From positions 1 to 59,694 of the forward strand of contig CAXGZM010000001.1 in NCBI GenBank assembly GCA_964014165.1: 59,694 nt of DNA, given 5' to 3'. Position 1 is the first letter of the stretch; every line of letters starts with the position of its first letter. Both the position numbers and the translations under genes were made by a program. Positions 1-8,294 of the stretch are shown here, piece after piece. The notes under the pieces were generated by a model. It searched no databases. It was not told where the DNA came from and saw only the letters and a list, made by a program, of their open reading frames with translations. This DNA comes from an uncultured euryarchaeote (GTDB taxonomy: Archaea; Thermoplasmatota; Poseidoniia; Poseidoniales; Poseidoniaceae).

Positions 1-5
1 CGTTC

Positions 6-2333
6 TTGGCCTGTCTCGATTCAGACGATGATCAGCATCGGCAAACCTTGCTCGGTCTTGCAAAAAGCGAGCCTCAACGCATTGATCTCGAGGCCTTGAG
101 CCTCGCTCACGAAGCCGATTATCAAGGTGCACTGGCTTACCTCAACGAGCAGCTCAAATCCCATCCGGAAGAGATTCCAATGCTGATGAGAAAGGCGAAT
201 CTGCAACGTCGGTGCGGGATGAATGAGGAAGCGATTCTCACCTGCGAGCAGGTCCTGAAAATTCAACCGACACACCAAGGGGCAGCCATGCTGCGAACCG
301 ATGTTGGCACCAAAGTTTGGCCCGAGGAAAAAGCGCTGAAGGAATATGAGTTGATGGTCGAGCAGTTCCCTCACGTTGCAAAGTTTCACCACCAACTCCT
401 GAACTACGTATATTCTGCTGCCGCGGACATGAAGTGGGCTCAATCAGTGGTCAGGCGCGGGTTGAATCACCACCCAAGGAGCATTCGATTGCAAATGTAC
501 GATGCGTTGATCGCAGCACAACTGGGGGATCATGAAATCGCAACAGAGAAGATCGCTTCGCTTCGGCAAATGCACCCTGATCATTACGAGGTACTGATGG
601 CTTCGGCCCAAATTGAGAAAATAGCAGGCAGACCGAGACAACAACTTGGCTTCATCAACCGCTACCTTGCTCGTACAGGGTATGCAAAAATTCAATCCAG
701 TTCGAGGCACAGGATTTCACCTGAATTCTTGAAGTGTCCCCTGTCAAAGAGTCAGGCATCGCACGGTATGGTATCCGTGATCATGACGACATACAAACGA
801 GATCCTCTCCTTGACGTTGCAATTTCGAGCATTCTCAACCAGACCTATCCTGAGATTGAACTGATCGTTGTCGACGATGCATCGCCCGACGATAATTTCG
901 AACGCCTCCAAGAAAAAGCCGAGGCAGACCCTCGAATTCGTCCGTTTCGAATGCAGCAGAACGGTGGGACCTACCTCGCAAAAAATTACGGCCTCCAGCA
1001 AGCGAAGGGGAAGTTCATTTCGTTCATGGACAGCGATGATTTTGCACATCCACAAAAACTCGAACGGCAGGTCGCCCAGTTTGTGACAAACAAGCAACTC
1101 CAGGGCGTTATTCACCAGTGCATTCGAATCGACGAAGATTCCAACATTGAGTTTCGCGGGGTGGGCTCGTTCAGAATGTCATGCATCTCCTTGATGATCC
1201 GAGCCAGCGTTATTGAGAAAATGGGTTACTTTGATTCATTGCGCGTTGGTGCTGATACGGAATTCATCGAGCGGATTGAAGCCGTCTTTGGTCCCAAATC
1301 GTTCCTTGAATTGCCTGATTTGACGCTGTTCATGATGCGCCATTCGACCTCGCTCACCGGCGGTGGGCCGTTCCACATTTCCTGGCGATCCATCGCAGGT
1401 CATAGACTGAAACATCACGTGAATTTTCGGCAATGGCACGAATCCATTCGCCGAGGGCAGTCGGACGGTTATTTGCCCGCTCATCTCGTAGAGCGGCCGT
1501 TTGAGGTCAGCGATTTGCAAATGTCAACCCACCACCAATGGAACGAGGGCACTCCGTTGTTTTCTGACTTGATCAAGTCGAGAAAGGAGAACTGGTGGAC
1601 GAAGGGCAAGGACATGTGGCAGAAGTCGCTCAGTTCAAAATTGGGCGGAAGGGAGTACGTGAAACAACTCGGCTACAAAGTTCCCGTCCTGTATTGGCGG
1701 GGAGAGGACCCGAACGACATCCCCGCCCTCGATTCACTTCCCGAACGCTTCGTCCTCAAGCCCGCAGAGGGATGGAGTTCCAACCACGTGTACTGCGTCG
1801 TTAACGGACACGACCTTTTGACTCACAAGCCCGTCACAAAAGAAGCGATTCTGAGCGAACTTGAGAAGGATGAATTCCAATCCACAAAAAAACCAGAAAT
1901 CATGATCGAGGAGTTGCTTGAACCAGAGAGGGTCGATGTGGAGTCGAACATTCCGCGTGATTACAAGTTCTATTGTTTCGGCGGACAGGTCGTGATGGTC
2001 CATGTATGCCTCAGGGTATCAGAGGTTGATGCAACGAAGAATGTTCATCACTACCTCGATGCAAACTTCAAACCCATGCCCTTCCAGGTGTTCAAAGGCC
2101 GCCCGCTACCGAAGAAACTGCCACCAAAACCCGACTGTTGGAATGAAATGATGGAAGTGGTTCAGTCCATTGGTCGGGAACTCAACATCTTCATGCGAAT
2201 TGATTTCTTCCCAACCCGTCGTGGTGCGGTGTTTGGGGAATTCACCCCCACGCCTCATGGCGGAAATGGCTACCTCGAGGAGGCTGACCGATACCTCGGT
2301 ACCTTCTGGATTGGTGAGGAGGGGGTGGCGTGA
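6..2333 (+). CDS. TPR-repeat / family-2 glycosyltransferase / TupA-like ATP-grasp three-domain fusion protein (5' end may lie upstream of the window)
   Basis: Single 775-codon ORF with the frame open to base 1; the first in-window start is TTG at 6. aa 1-230 are TPR-like helical repeats. aa ~255-470 form a GT2 core (VSVIMTTYKRDPLL, IELIVVDDASPDD, FMDSDD). aa ~525-775 match my recollection of the TupA-like ATP-grasp signature (RDYKFYCFGGQVVMVHV ... MRIDFF). Stop TGA 2331-2333 overlaps the next ATG. Confidence 0.7.
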   Translation: MACLDSDDDQHRQTLLGLAKSEPQRIDLEALSLAHEADYQGALAYLNEQLKSHPEEIPMLMRKANLQRRCGMNEEAILTCEQVLKIQPTHQGAAMLRTDVGTKVWPEEKALKEYELMVEQFPHVAKFHHQLLNYVYSAAADMKWAQSVVRRGLNHHPRSIRLQMYDALIAAQLGDHEIATEKIASLRQMHPDHYEVLMASAQIEKIAGRPRQQLGFINRYLARTGYAKIQSSSRHRISPEFLKCPLSKSQASHGMVSVIMTTYKRDPLLDVAISSILNQTYPEIELIVVDDASPDDNFERLQEKAEADPRIRPFRMQQNGGTYLAKNYGLQQAKGKFISFMDSDDFAHPQKLERQVAQFVTNKQLQGVIHQCIRIDEDSNIEFRGVGSFRMSCISLMIRASVIEKMGYFDSLRVGADTEFIERIEAVFGPKSFLELPDLTLFMMRHSTSLTGGGPFHISWRSIAGHRLKHHVNFRQWHESIRRGQSDGYLPAHLVERPFEVSDLQMSTHHQWNEGTPLFSDLIKSRKENWWTKGKDMWQKSLSSKLGGREYVKQLGYKVPVLYWRGEDPNDIPALDSLPERFVLKPAEGWSSNHVYCVVNGHDLLTHKPVTKEAILSELEKDEFQSTKKPEIMIEELLEPERVDVESNIPRDYKFYCFGGQVVMVHVCLRVSEVDATKNVHHYLDANFKPMPFQVFKGRPLPKKLPPKPDCWNEMMEVVQSIGRELNIFMRIDFFPTRRGAVFGEFTPTPHGGNGYLEEADRYLGTFWIGEEGVA

Positions 2334-3706
2334 TGGACATTGACGACATTGACGCCAACACGTCCTTCCATGAAGAGGCCTCCCTCCCGAGTTCCGCTCT
2401 CCAACCGAGTACCATGGCGCTCCAACACGAAAGGTACCTCAGGGAAAACCGCCGATTGCGAAATTCTGCTTCCTTTCGATTAGGCCTCTTGCTGACCAGA
2501 GCAGTGTCTCGGCCGTGGCGTATGGTACTCTTTCCGTTTCAGGTACTCCATCTCGGTTATTCTTTGATTTTGGAGCGTTTAGGCCATCGTCCCAAGCCCT
2601 ACTCGCTCTCCAGTGAAAGCGACCGATCGGTTACCTACGTTCCTCCACAGAAAGACTGCGTCGTCCTGTTTCCAACCAACGGTGTTGGTTTTGGCCACTT
2701 CACTCGGATGTATGCTTTTGCGAAGCGAATACAAAGACAGCAACCGAACACAGAGATCGTTTTCTTCACCACCATGCCGACCCTCCACTTGTTGTACAGC
2801 GAAGGATTTCCAACCTACCATGTGGCCGGTAGGAAGATGCACAAGGATCTCTCGGCGGCAGCATGGAACGCACTGGTAGAGGAACAGCTGAACTTGGTGT
2901 TCAATCTTCACCGTCCGAAAATGTTCGTGTTTGACGGGGCCTATCCCTACCGAGGTATGTTGAATGCGCTCCAGGGCCGTTCGTACCTCAACAAGGTATG
3001 GATGAGGCGCGGAGCGTTCAAAACCGGGAGTAACATTCCTGTTGACAGCATCCAGCATTTTGATTTGATCGTCAGGCCGGAAGACAGCGTTGCTGCGACT
3101 TCGAATGAACTTGAGCACACCGTCCCGGTTGAACTCATTCCTCCCATCGTGCTTTTGGAAGCCGATGAGTTGTTGCCTCGAAATTCAGCAAGAGCCCGTC
3201 TCAGACTTCCGAAGGACGCCAAGGTTGTCTACGTACAGCTCGGAGCCGGGAAAATCAACGACATTCAATCGGAGGTTCGCCTCACCGTTGATGCTCTGCT
3301 TGCCAATGAGGATGTCGTGGTGGTGCTGGGTGAGAGCATGCTCGGTGGCCGCCTGGACTTGGATGTTGATCGTTTGGTTGTGATTCGAGATTATCCTAAT
3401 TCCATGTACTTCAATGCCTTCGATGCAACCGTTCAAGCCGGTGGTTACAACTCCTATCATGAAGTTCGTAAGTTCGGTATGCCAACCGTGTTCTACCCGA
3501 ACATGTCCACCGGAATGGACGACCAGCTCGCACGCTGTTTGGCCGCAGAGGACGAGGGGTGGGGGCTTGTCGTGCGCGAACGAACCGCACAACATATCGC
3601 AGCGGCAATCGACCGGCTTCTTCACATGGAGCGTCGACCGATCGTAGAGGAAGATGATGGCGCGACTTCATTGACCAAGCAGATGATTCAGAGGGGATGG
3701 CTTTGA
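2333..3706 (+). CDS. GT-B fold glycosyltransferase (GT1/GT28 MurG-like C-terminal domain)
   Basis: ATG 2333 overlaps the upstream stop (TGATG), with GAGGAGG about 10 nt upstream. Glycine loop FPTNGVGFGHFTRM. The C-terminal AGGYNSYHEVRKFGMPTVFYPN...DDQ resembles GT28-type nucleotide-sugar binding domains. The N-terminal segment SFRLGLLLT..PWRMVLFPF is shared with the paralog at 5372-6538. Confidence 0.55.
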   Translation: MDIDDIDANTSFHEEASLPSSALQPSTMALQHERYLRENRRLRNSASFRLGLLLTRAVSRPWRMVLFPFQVLHLGYSLILERLGHRPKPYSLSSESDRSVTYVPPQKDCVVLFPTNGVGFGHFTRMYAFAKRIQRQQPNTEIVFFTTMPTLHLLYSEGFPTYHVAGRKMHKDLSAAAWNALVEEQLNLVFNLHRPKMFVFDGAYPYRGMLNALQGRSYLNKVWMRRGAFKTGSNIPVDSIQHFDLIVRPEDSVAATSNELEHTVPVELIPPIVLLEADELLPRNSARARLRLPKDAKVVYVQLGAGKINDIQSEVRLTVDALLANEDVVVVLGESMLGGRLDLDVDRLVVIRDYPNSMYFNAFDATVQAGGYNSYHEVRKFGMPTVFYPNMSTGMDDQLARCLAAEDEGWGLVVRERTAQHIAAAIDRLLHMERRPIVEEDDGATSLTKQMIQRGWL

Positions 3707-4227
3707 GTTCGTATTGGATGCTTCCTCGCATCGCCTTTGATTGGATTGAAAGCACCATACCAAAAGGCGCCGTCGTGCTTGAATTTGGGAGCGGTGAAGG
3801 AAGCATCAGCCTCGCTCAGGACTACGACTTAATCTCGGTTGAGCACGACGAGGGTTGGGTCGGCCATGCAAAAAATTCCACGTATCACTTTGCCCCCATC
3901 GCTCACAACAGTGTTTCAGAGCAGCACGGCGACGTTGGTTGGTATGAACCGGCATTTTTTGATGCCCTCCCTTCGTTTGTGTCCCTCATTCTCATCGATG
4001 GGCCGCCGGGGAGAATTGGCCGAGCAGGAATGTTGGCACATCTCGAACGCCTTCCCGAGTGGCGGTACATGCTTGTTGATGACACAGATCGAAAAGCAGA
4101 GGCCAATCTCTCAAGAAAACTCCAAGATTACTTTGATTGTGAACGCCAACGTGTTGAAACCTCGGAAAAGAAATTTGACGGGTCAATACGAATGTTTGAT
4201 GTGCTCAGCAGGAGGATGGTACCATGA
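3697..4227 (+). CDS. small SAM-dependent methyltransferase-like protein (DUF579 / polysaccharide methyltransferase-like motif order)
   Basis: The ATG lies inside the last 10 nt of the upstream gene. Motifs VVLEFGSGEGS (G-loop), LILIDGPPGRIGRAG and MLVDDTDRKAE occur in the same order as I remember for the DUF579 family. Assignment is from motif memory only. Confidence 0.4.
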   Translation: MALSSYWMLPRIAFDWIESTIPKGAVVLEFGSGEGSISLAQDYDLISVEHDEGWVGHAKNSTYHFAPIAHNSVSEQHGDVGWYEPAFFDALPSFVSLILIDGPPGRIGRAGMLAHLERLPEWRYMLVDDTDRKAEANLSRKLQDYFDCERQRVETSEKKFDGSIRMFDVLSRRMVP

Positions 4228-5375
4228 CGAAGGGGGTCGAAGATATCTCGGCGCATTCCACAACTTCATCGCAGCCTTATCTGCATCGAAAATTCTGGAT
4301 GGAAGCTGGCAACACCTTGGTGTTCAGTTGGAACAACATCGAGGTATTTTTTGAAATGCCCGAGGACTGGGTGTACTCAGAAACGCACACTGATTTGTTC
4401 CAACTGGCGCATCATCTCCTCGTGGAACCTTGGGACAAATCCGTCATGGATCAATGGCAACCAACAAGACAGCCCGGATGGCGTCCCGGATTGGCATTTT
4501 CCGGTGGCGTTGATTCGGCAGCAGCGCTCTGCTTAATGCCGGACAGCACCGTGTTGTTGTACCATGAACGTTGTGCGCTGAGCGGAAAACTCAGTCATGC
4601 AAACGCCCACCGTTTTTTTGAACACATTGAATCAACCACCGGTCGCAGGGTTCACCGCATTCGTTCAAACCACGAGAAAATTCGACAGACGCAAGGTCAA
4701 TCAATCGGATTCTCAACGGATTATGCCTGTGCTGTGCACGCTGTACTTCTCGCTGATTATTTTTCTCTGGACAGCATTGCGACCGGCATGCCCTTGGAAA
4801 ATTCATACCTCTTCCACGGGCACCAATATCGCGATTTCGCCTCATCTCGATTTTGGAACCATTATTCCAAGATGTTCGCTGATGTGGGATTGCCGCTCTA
4901 CCAGCCCGTGGCAGGCTGTTCGGAGGTGGTGAATTTGGCCATCGTTCAGCATCACGGTTGGGACGGTTGGGCACAATCCTGTCTCCGTTCACCGACACCC
5001 GGGAAAGTGTGTGGCTCGTGTTGGAAATGCTTCCGGAAAAACACATTGCAGGGGGACGACTACACCATGAGCAGCGAAATTTCAACGTTTTTGAAAAAGA
5101 AACCGTTGAAGCAAGCCGTAAGCACCCTGTACTCCATCCAGCGAGGGAAACTGCTGGAACAACATCGGAATTTCAAAAAGGATTTTGAGCACTTGGCAAC
5201 TTTTCTGCAAGAGGATTGGTCCTACCTTGAACGGTACTTGCCGGATGCCCTTGGCTTAATTCCATCCAAGTACAAGACCTTCACCGAATCTCGGTTGAAT
5301 CAGTCGGTGGCTGTGATGCAAGTCGACGATGTGTCAAGATTGCAAATGACAAATCTCTATCCCGAGCTGACCTAG
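4224..5375 (+). CDS. PP-loop ATP pyrophosphatase superfamily protein (QueC-like / sugar-amidotransferase-like)
   Basis: ATGA overlap with the upstream stop and AGGAGG 10 nt upstream. PP-loop LAFSGGVDSAAALCLMP. The C-terminal Cys cluster SCLRS..GKVCGSCWKCFRK resembles the QueC Zn site. At 383 aa it is similar in size to WbpG/WbuX-type amidotransferases. Confidence 0.55.
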   Translation: MTKGVEDISAHSTTSSQPYLHRKFWMEAGNTLVFSWNNIEVFFEMPEDWVYSETHTDLFQLAHHLLVEPWDKSVMDQWQPTRQPGWRPGLAFSGGVDSAAALCLMPDSTVLLYHERCALSGKLSHANAHRFFEHIESTTGRRVHRIRSNHEKIRQTQGQSIGFSTDYACAVHAVLLADYFSLDSIATGMPLENSYLFHGHQYRDFASSRFWNHYSKMFADVGLPLYQPVAGCSEVVNLAIVQHHGWDGWAQSCLRSPTPGKVCGSCWKCFRKNTLQGDDYTMSSEISTFLKKKPLKQAVSTLYSIQRGKLLEQHRNFKKDFEHLATFLQEDWSYLERYLPDALGLIPSKYKTFTESRLNQSVAVMQVDDVSRLQMTNLYPELT

Positions 5376-6538
5376 TTGACGATCTGGTCAATCCACGGCT
5401 TGATTGCGATGCGATTTGTTAGAGGCACGCCTCCAGGAAGGTGTGAGTAGACGGTTGAAAGACACAATCGAATTTCAACAGGGTCATCAGCACTCGCAAA
5501 CATCACAAAGAAGCGTTCGGTTGCCCTTCGTATTTTGTGGAGCACATCGAGCCTGGTCCCCGGAGGAATCAAACAAACCACGGGGAGGTTTGCAGCAAGG
5601 GCTGTAGCGATGAGTTCGGAGGACGGTGGAAGAATGGCTGCTCCATAGGAAGCCATGGATTGTGGACAAAGGATGCCCGAAGCGTTGGTTGATTGTCGAA
5701 CGCGTGCGCTGGTGAATTCAACGAGTTCGAGAGGCGGGTCGAAGGATTTCAACAGCGCCTGGAGGTTGACTTGAGGCGACGATGCTCCGGTGTAGCGGGT
5801 ACCGTCCAAAACCACCGAGGGAGGATCCTTGCGAAGTTGTGTGTCTCCGGGTTCCAGCAAACGATAGGCTGACGGGCTTTCAAACGAAAATTCCAGCACT
5901 TTGTCAAACAAATGTGCACGTTCCGTGGCGCTTCGGTCTTCGATGCCGTCCACCCTCAGCCAATACCACTGTGAATCCTTCCTGGTCTTCATGTTGGCAA
6001 TCATGCCTGCGTAAGGGAAAGGGCCATCAAAAATGATGTATTTCGGGCGGTGAGTTGCCAAAACGAGCGTAAGGAGTTGATTCCACTCAGCGTTCAAGAC
6101 CGCTGCACCGATGGAGGCGTTGTGCTTTTTGCTCGAGACCGGGTAGGTGATGATGCCACGCTCTTGTTGTTCGTTTTGCACGTTTCGAGGAAGAATTTGA
6201 ATGAATTTACGTGAGGGTGAATTTCTCCACTCACCTGCCATTTTTTGACATCTGTGAAACGAACTATCTCCCTCTTCATCCGTGCAGATGAACAGCAAGC
6301 ATTGTTCATCCATGGGGGGGCGTGCCTCTGCGCTCGGTTGCGATGATAATCGATTTGAAAAGAACTGGATGTTCATTTGGATGAACAGAAAAGGAAACAC
6401 GATGATTTTCCAAGGTTTTCGAAAGAACACCTCTGTCAACAGCACCCCCAACTGGAATGAATACGTCGCTCTGATTCGAGTCAATTCAACGAGCAACTCC
6501 TGCTCTTTCTCGGTGGTAAACTCTTGGTGAGGAATCAA
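5372..6538 (-). CDS. GT-B glycosyltransferase paralog of 2333-3706, with a degenerate glycine loop
   Basis: The track ORF runs to 6637, but its first 33 codons overlap the ABC ATPase gene. TTG 6538-6536 overlaps that gene's TGA (ATTGA) and has AAGGAGG 7 nt upstream. The N-terminal YSFQLGVLLT..PWKIIVFPF motif and overall collinearity match 2333-3706. The G-loop position reads EEGDSSFHRC. Confidence 0.5.
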   Translation of the reverse strand: MIPHQEFTTEKEQELLVELTRIRATYSFQLGVLLTEVFFRKPWKIIVFPFLFIQMNIQFFSNRLSSQPSAEARPPMDEQCLLFICTDEEGDSSFHRCQKMAGEWRNSPSRKFIQILPRNVQNEQQERGIITYPVSSKKHNASIGAAVLNAEWNQLLTLVLATHRPKYIIFDGPFPYAGMIANMKTRKDSQWYWLRVDGIEDRSATERAHLFDKVLEFSFESPSAYRLLEPGDTQLRKDPPSVVLDGTRYTGASSPQVNLQALLKSFDPPLELVEFTSARVRQSTNASGILCPQSMASYGAAILPPSSELIATALAANLPVVCLIPPGTRLDVLHKIRRATERFFVMFASADDPVEIRLCLSTVYSHLPGGVPLTNRIAIKPWIDQIVN

Positions 6539-7263
6539 TTTGATGCCTCCTTCAGGGCGTAATAGGCCTTGATGGCGTCTTGAGGTTCGCCATCGTGGAC
6601 TACTTTTCCGTGATCGAGAAGAACGACCCGATCGCAAATATCTCTCATCAATCCGAAACTGTGAGAGACAATGACAACCGTGCTTGCGCCTTTGACCATG
6701 TCGAGAATTCTTTTCTTTGATTTTTCTCGAAAATTCGGGTCTCCAACACCCAGCACCTCATCGATCAACAGGATGTTTGGTTTAATCGCTGAAGCAACCG
6801 CCAATCCAAGACGTGCTTTCATGCCTGCAGAGTACGTTCGCAGTGGCTCATCAATGAAGGAGCCGAGCTCACTGAACTCAATGATTTCATCCAGTTTCCC
6901 CCTCATTTCGGCTTCATCGTGGCCGAGAATTGAGCCATAGAGCAGTGCGTTCTCTCGTCCTGTTTGATGCGCGGAGAATCCAGTTCCAAGTCCAGCAAGC
7001 AGCGAAATATCCCCGGCTGCGTGCACCGTACCTTCGTCGGGAGGGTAAATTCCTGAAATGACGCGAAGCAAGGTGGATTTCCCTGATCCGTTTGTGCCGA
7101 TGATACCGACCACGTCACCCTGGTTGATTTCCAAGTTGATGTCCGACAGAGCAGTGAACCGGCGCACTTTCTTCTTGAAGAAATCAGCAAGGATTCCAAA
7201 CATGTTCCGCTGCTTGGGAAAGTGCAACGTGATGCCTTCAAGGCGGATTGACGGTTCTGTCAT
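6535..7263 (-). CDS. polysaccharide/teichoic-acid-type ABC exporter ATP-binding protein (TagH/KpsT/Wzt-like, no C-terminal glycan-binding domain)
   Basis: Walker A GTNGSGKST, signature YSAGMKARL, Walker B ILLIDEV, H-loop VSHS. ATG 7263 overlaps the permease stop (ATGA). The longer track ORF (to 7431) adds only an Arg/Pro/Gly-rich overlap. Confidence 0.85.
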   Translation of the reverse strand: MTEPSIRLEGITLHFPKQRNMFGILADFFKKKVRRFTALSDINLEINQGDVVGIIGTNGSGKSTLLRVISGIYPPDEGTVHAAGDISLLAGLGTGFSAHQTGRENALLYGSILGHDEAEMRGKLDEIIEFSELGSFIDEPLRTYSAGMKARLGLAVASAIKPNILLIDEVLGVGDPNFREKSKKRILDMVKGASTVVIVSHSFGLMRDICDRVVLLDHGKVVHDGEPQDAIKAYYALKEASN

Positions 7264-8117
7264 AGGTACTTCACCGCCCCTCGCTCGTATTTTGAAAACA
7301 CCATTGTCCCAACCAAATAAACGAGAAGGGTGGCAACGACGCTCGAGAGGATGACTTCGGGCGGGAGGTCCACGGATTTGCCCTCCAGTCCGTGGCGCAC
7401 CATGGTGATGGGGAGCACCATCGGGTTCCACAACGCAGCCTCACCCCAAGCCCCTCGCTCAAGAGCCATCTCAGCAGTCCACATGACCGGCGAGAGAAAG
7501 AATCCCGCTCGGGTGATAAACCGAACGAGATGCTGGACGTCACGTTGTACGCAGTTCAGAGGGGCCATCAACATGCCAAAACCTAGGGCCATGAAGCCAG
7601 CCAACAAAATACCGACTGGAACCCAAAGAAGGTGAACGCTCAACGGTAGATCGTAAATGAAAAGGAGAGGAAAAACGATGAGACAACTCATCAACGTGAC
7701 CACAACATTCGCACCCACGCCCGATACAGGAAAAATTGAGCGAGGGAAATACACCAAATGCATGGTGCGGACGTTCCCCGTGAGGGAATTTGTCGCAGCG
7801 TTCAATGATTTTGAAAATGACCCCCAGACGATGACGCCCATCAACACCCACACGGCGTACATCTTGTCGGGATTTCCACTCAACATGATGAATAAAAACC
7901 AGTAAACAGAGGCCAGCAGTGCAGGTTCAATCACCGTCCAAGCATAACCAAGCGCAGCGTTCCTGTATCGGCCGCGAACTTCTCGCCGAATCAGGTTCCG
8001 TAGCAAAAAGCGATTTGTTCGAATTTCCGTTAAGGTATGGATGGGTGCGAAGAGCGGATTTGATTTCACTCCGATTTGGCGGAGAACAGGCGCGGCCGAA
8101 GCGTTCTCCTCCATCAT
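7260..8117 (-). CDS. ABC-2 type polysaccharide export permease (Wzm/TagG/KpsM-like)
   Basis: About 6 TM segments. The N-terminal RNLIRREVRGRYRNAALGYAWTVIEP signature is typical of ABC-2 glycan exporters. Translationally coupled to the ATPase. Confidence 0.8.
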   Translation of the reverse strand: MMEENASAAPVLRQIGVKSNPLFAPIHTLTEIRTNRFLLRNLIRREVRGRYRNAALGYAWTVIEPALLASVYWFLFIMLSGNPDKMYAVWVLMGVIVWGSFSKSLNAATNSLTGNVRTMHLVYFPRSIFPVSGVGANVVVTLMSCLIVFPLLFIYDLPLSVHLLWVPVGILLAGFMALGFGMLMAPLNCVQRDVQHLVRFITRAGFFLSPVMWTAEMALERGAWGEAALWNPMVLPITMVRHGLEGKSVDLPPEVILSSVVATLLVYLVGTMVFSKYERGAVKYL

Positions 8118-8135
8118 CGGCGCCTTGATTCATCC

Positions 8136-8143
8136 CTATATGA
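8136..8143 (-). promoter_or_regulatory. TATA-like element upstream of the ABC exporter operon
   Basis: CTATATGA on the plus strand, ~22 nt upstream of ATG 8117, in the 177-bp divergent region. Confidence 0.3.
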
Positions 8144-8294
8144 TTGAAGCGGACCAATCGTTCAATGATGCAGCATTCAGCGGGTGTTCGAATCAATGCA
8201 CCTGGAATTTATGGGTTGGGTTGAAGAGAAGAACGGATTTGGAAAGGCCATGGGATGGCATCAGCGCTTCGCCTCGCTGGCGTCAAATGCCGAC

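Noticed and set aside
6539-7431. N-terminal extensions of the track ORFs for the GT-B paralog (to 6637) and the ABC ATPase (to 7431)
   Set aside because: The extensions overlap the upstream genes by 100-170 nt and are Arg/Ser/Pro-rich. Internal starts coincide exactly with upstream stop codons (ATTGA, ATGA) behind good Shine-Dalgarno sites and restore canonical N-termini.
8175-8200. tRNA-like GTGTTCGAATCA string in the 177-bp intergenic region
   Set aside because: The flanking bases do not form a T-stem, and no acceptor, D or anticodon arms can be drawn around it.
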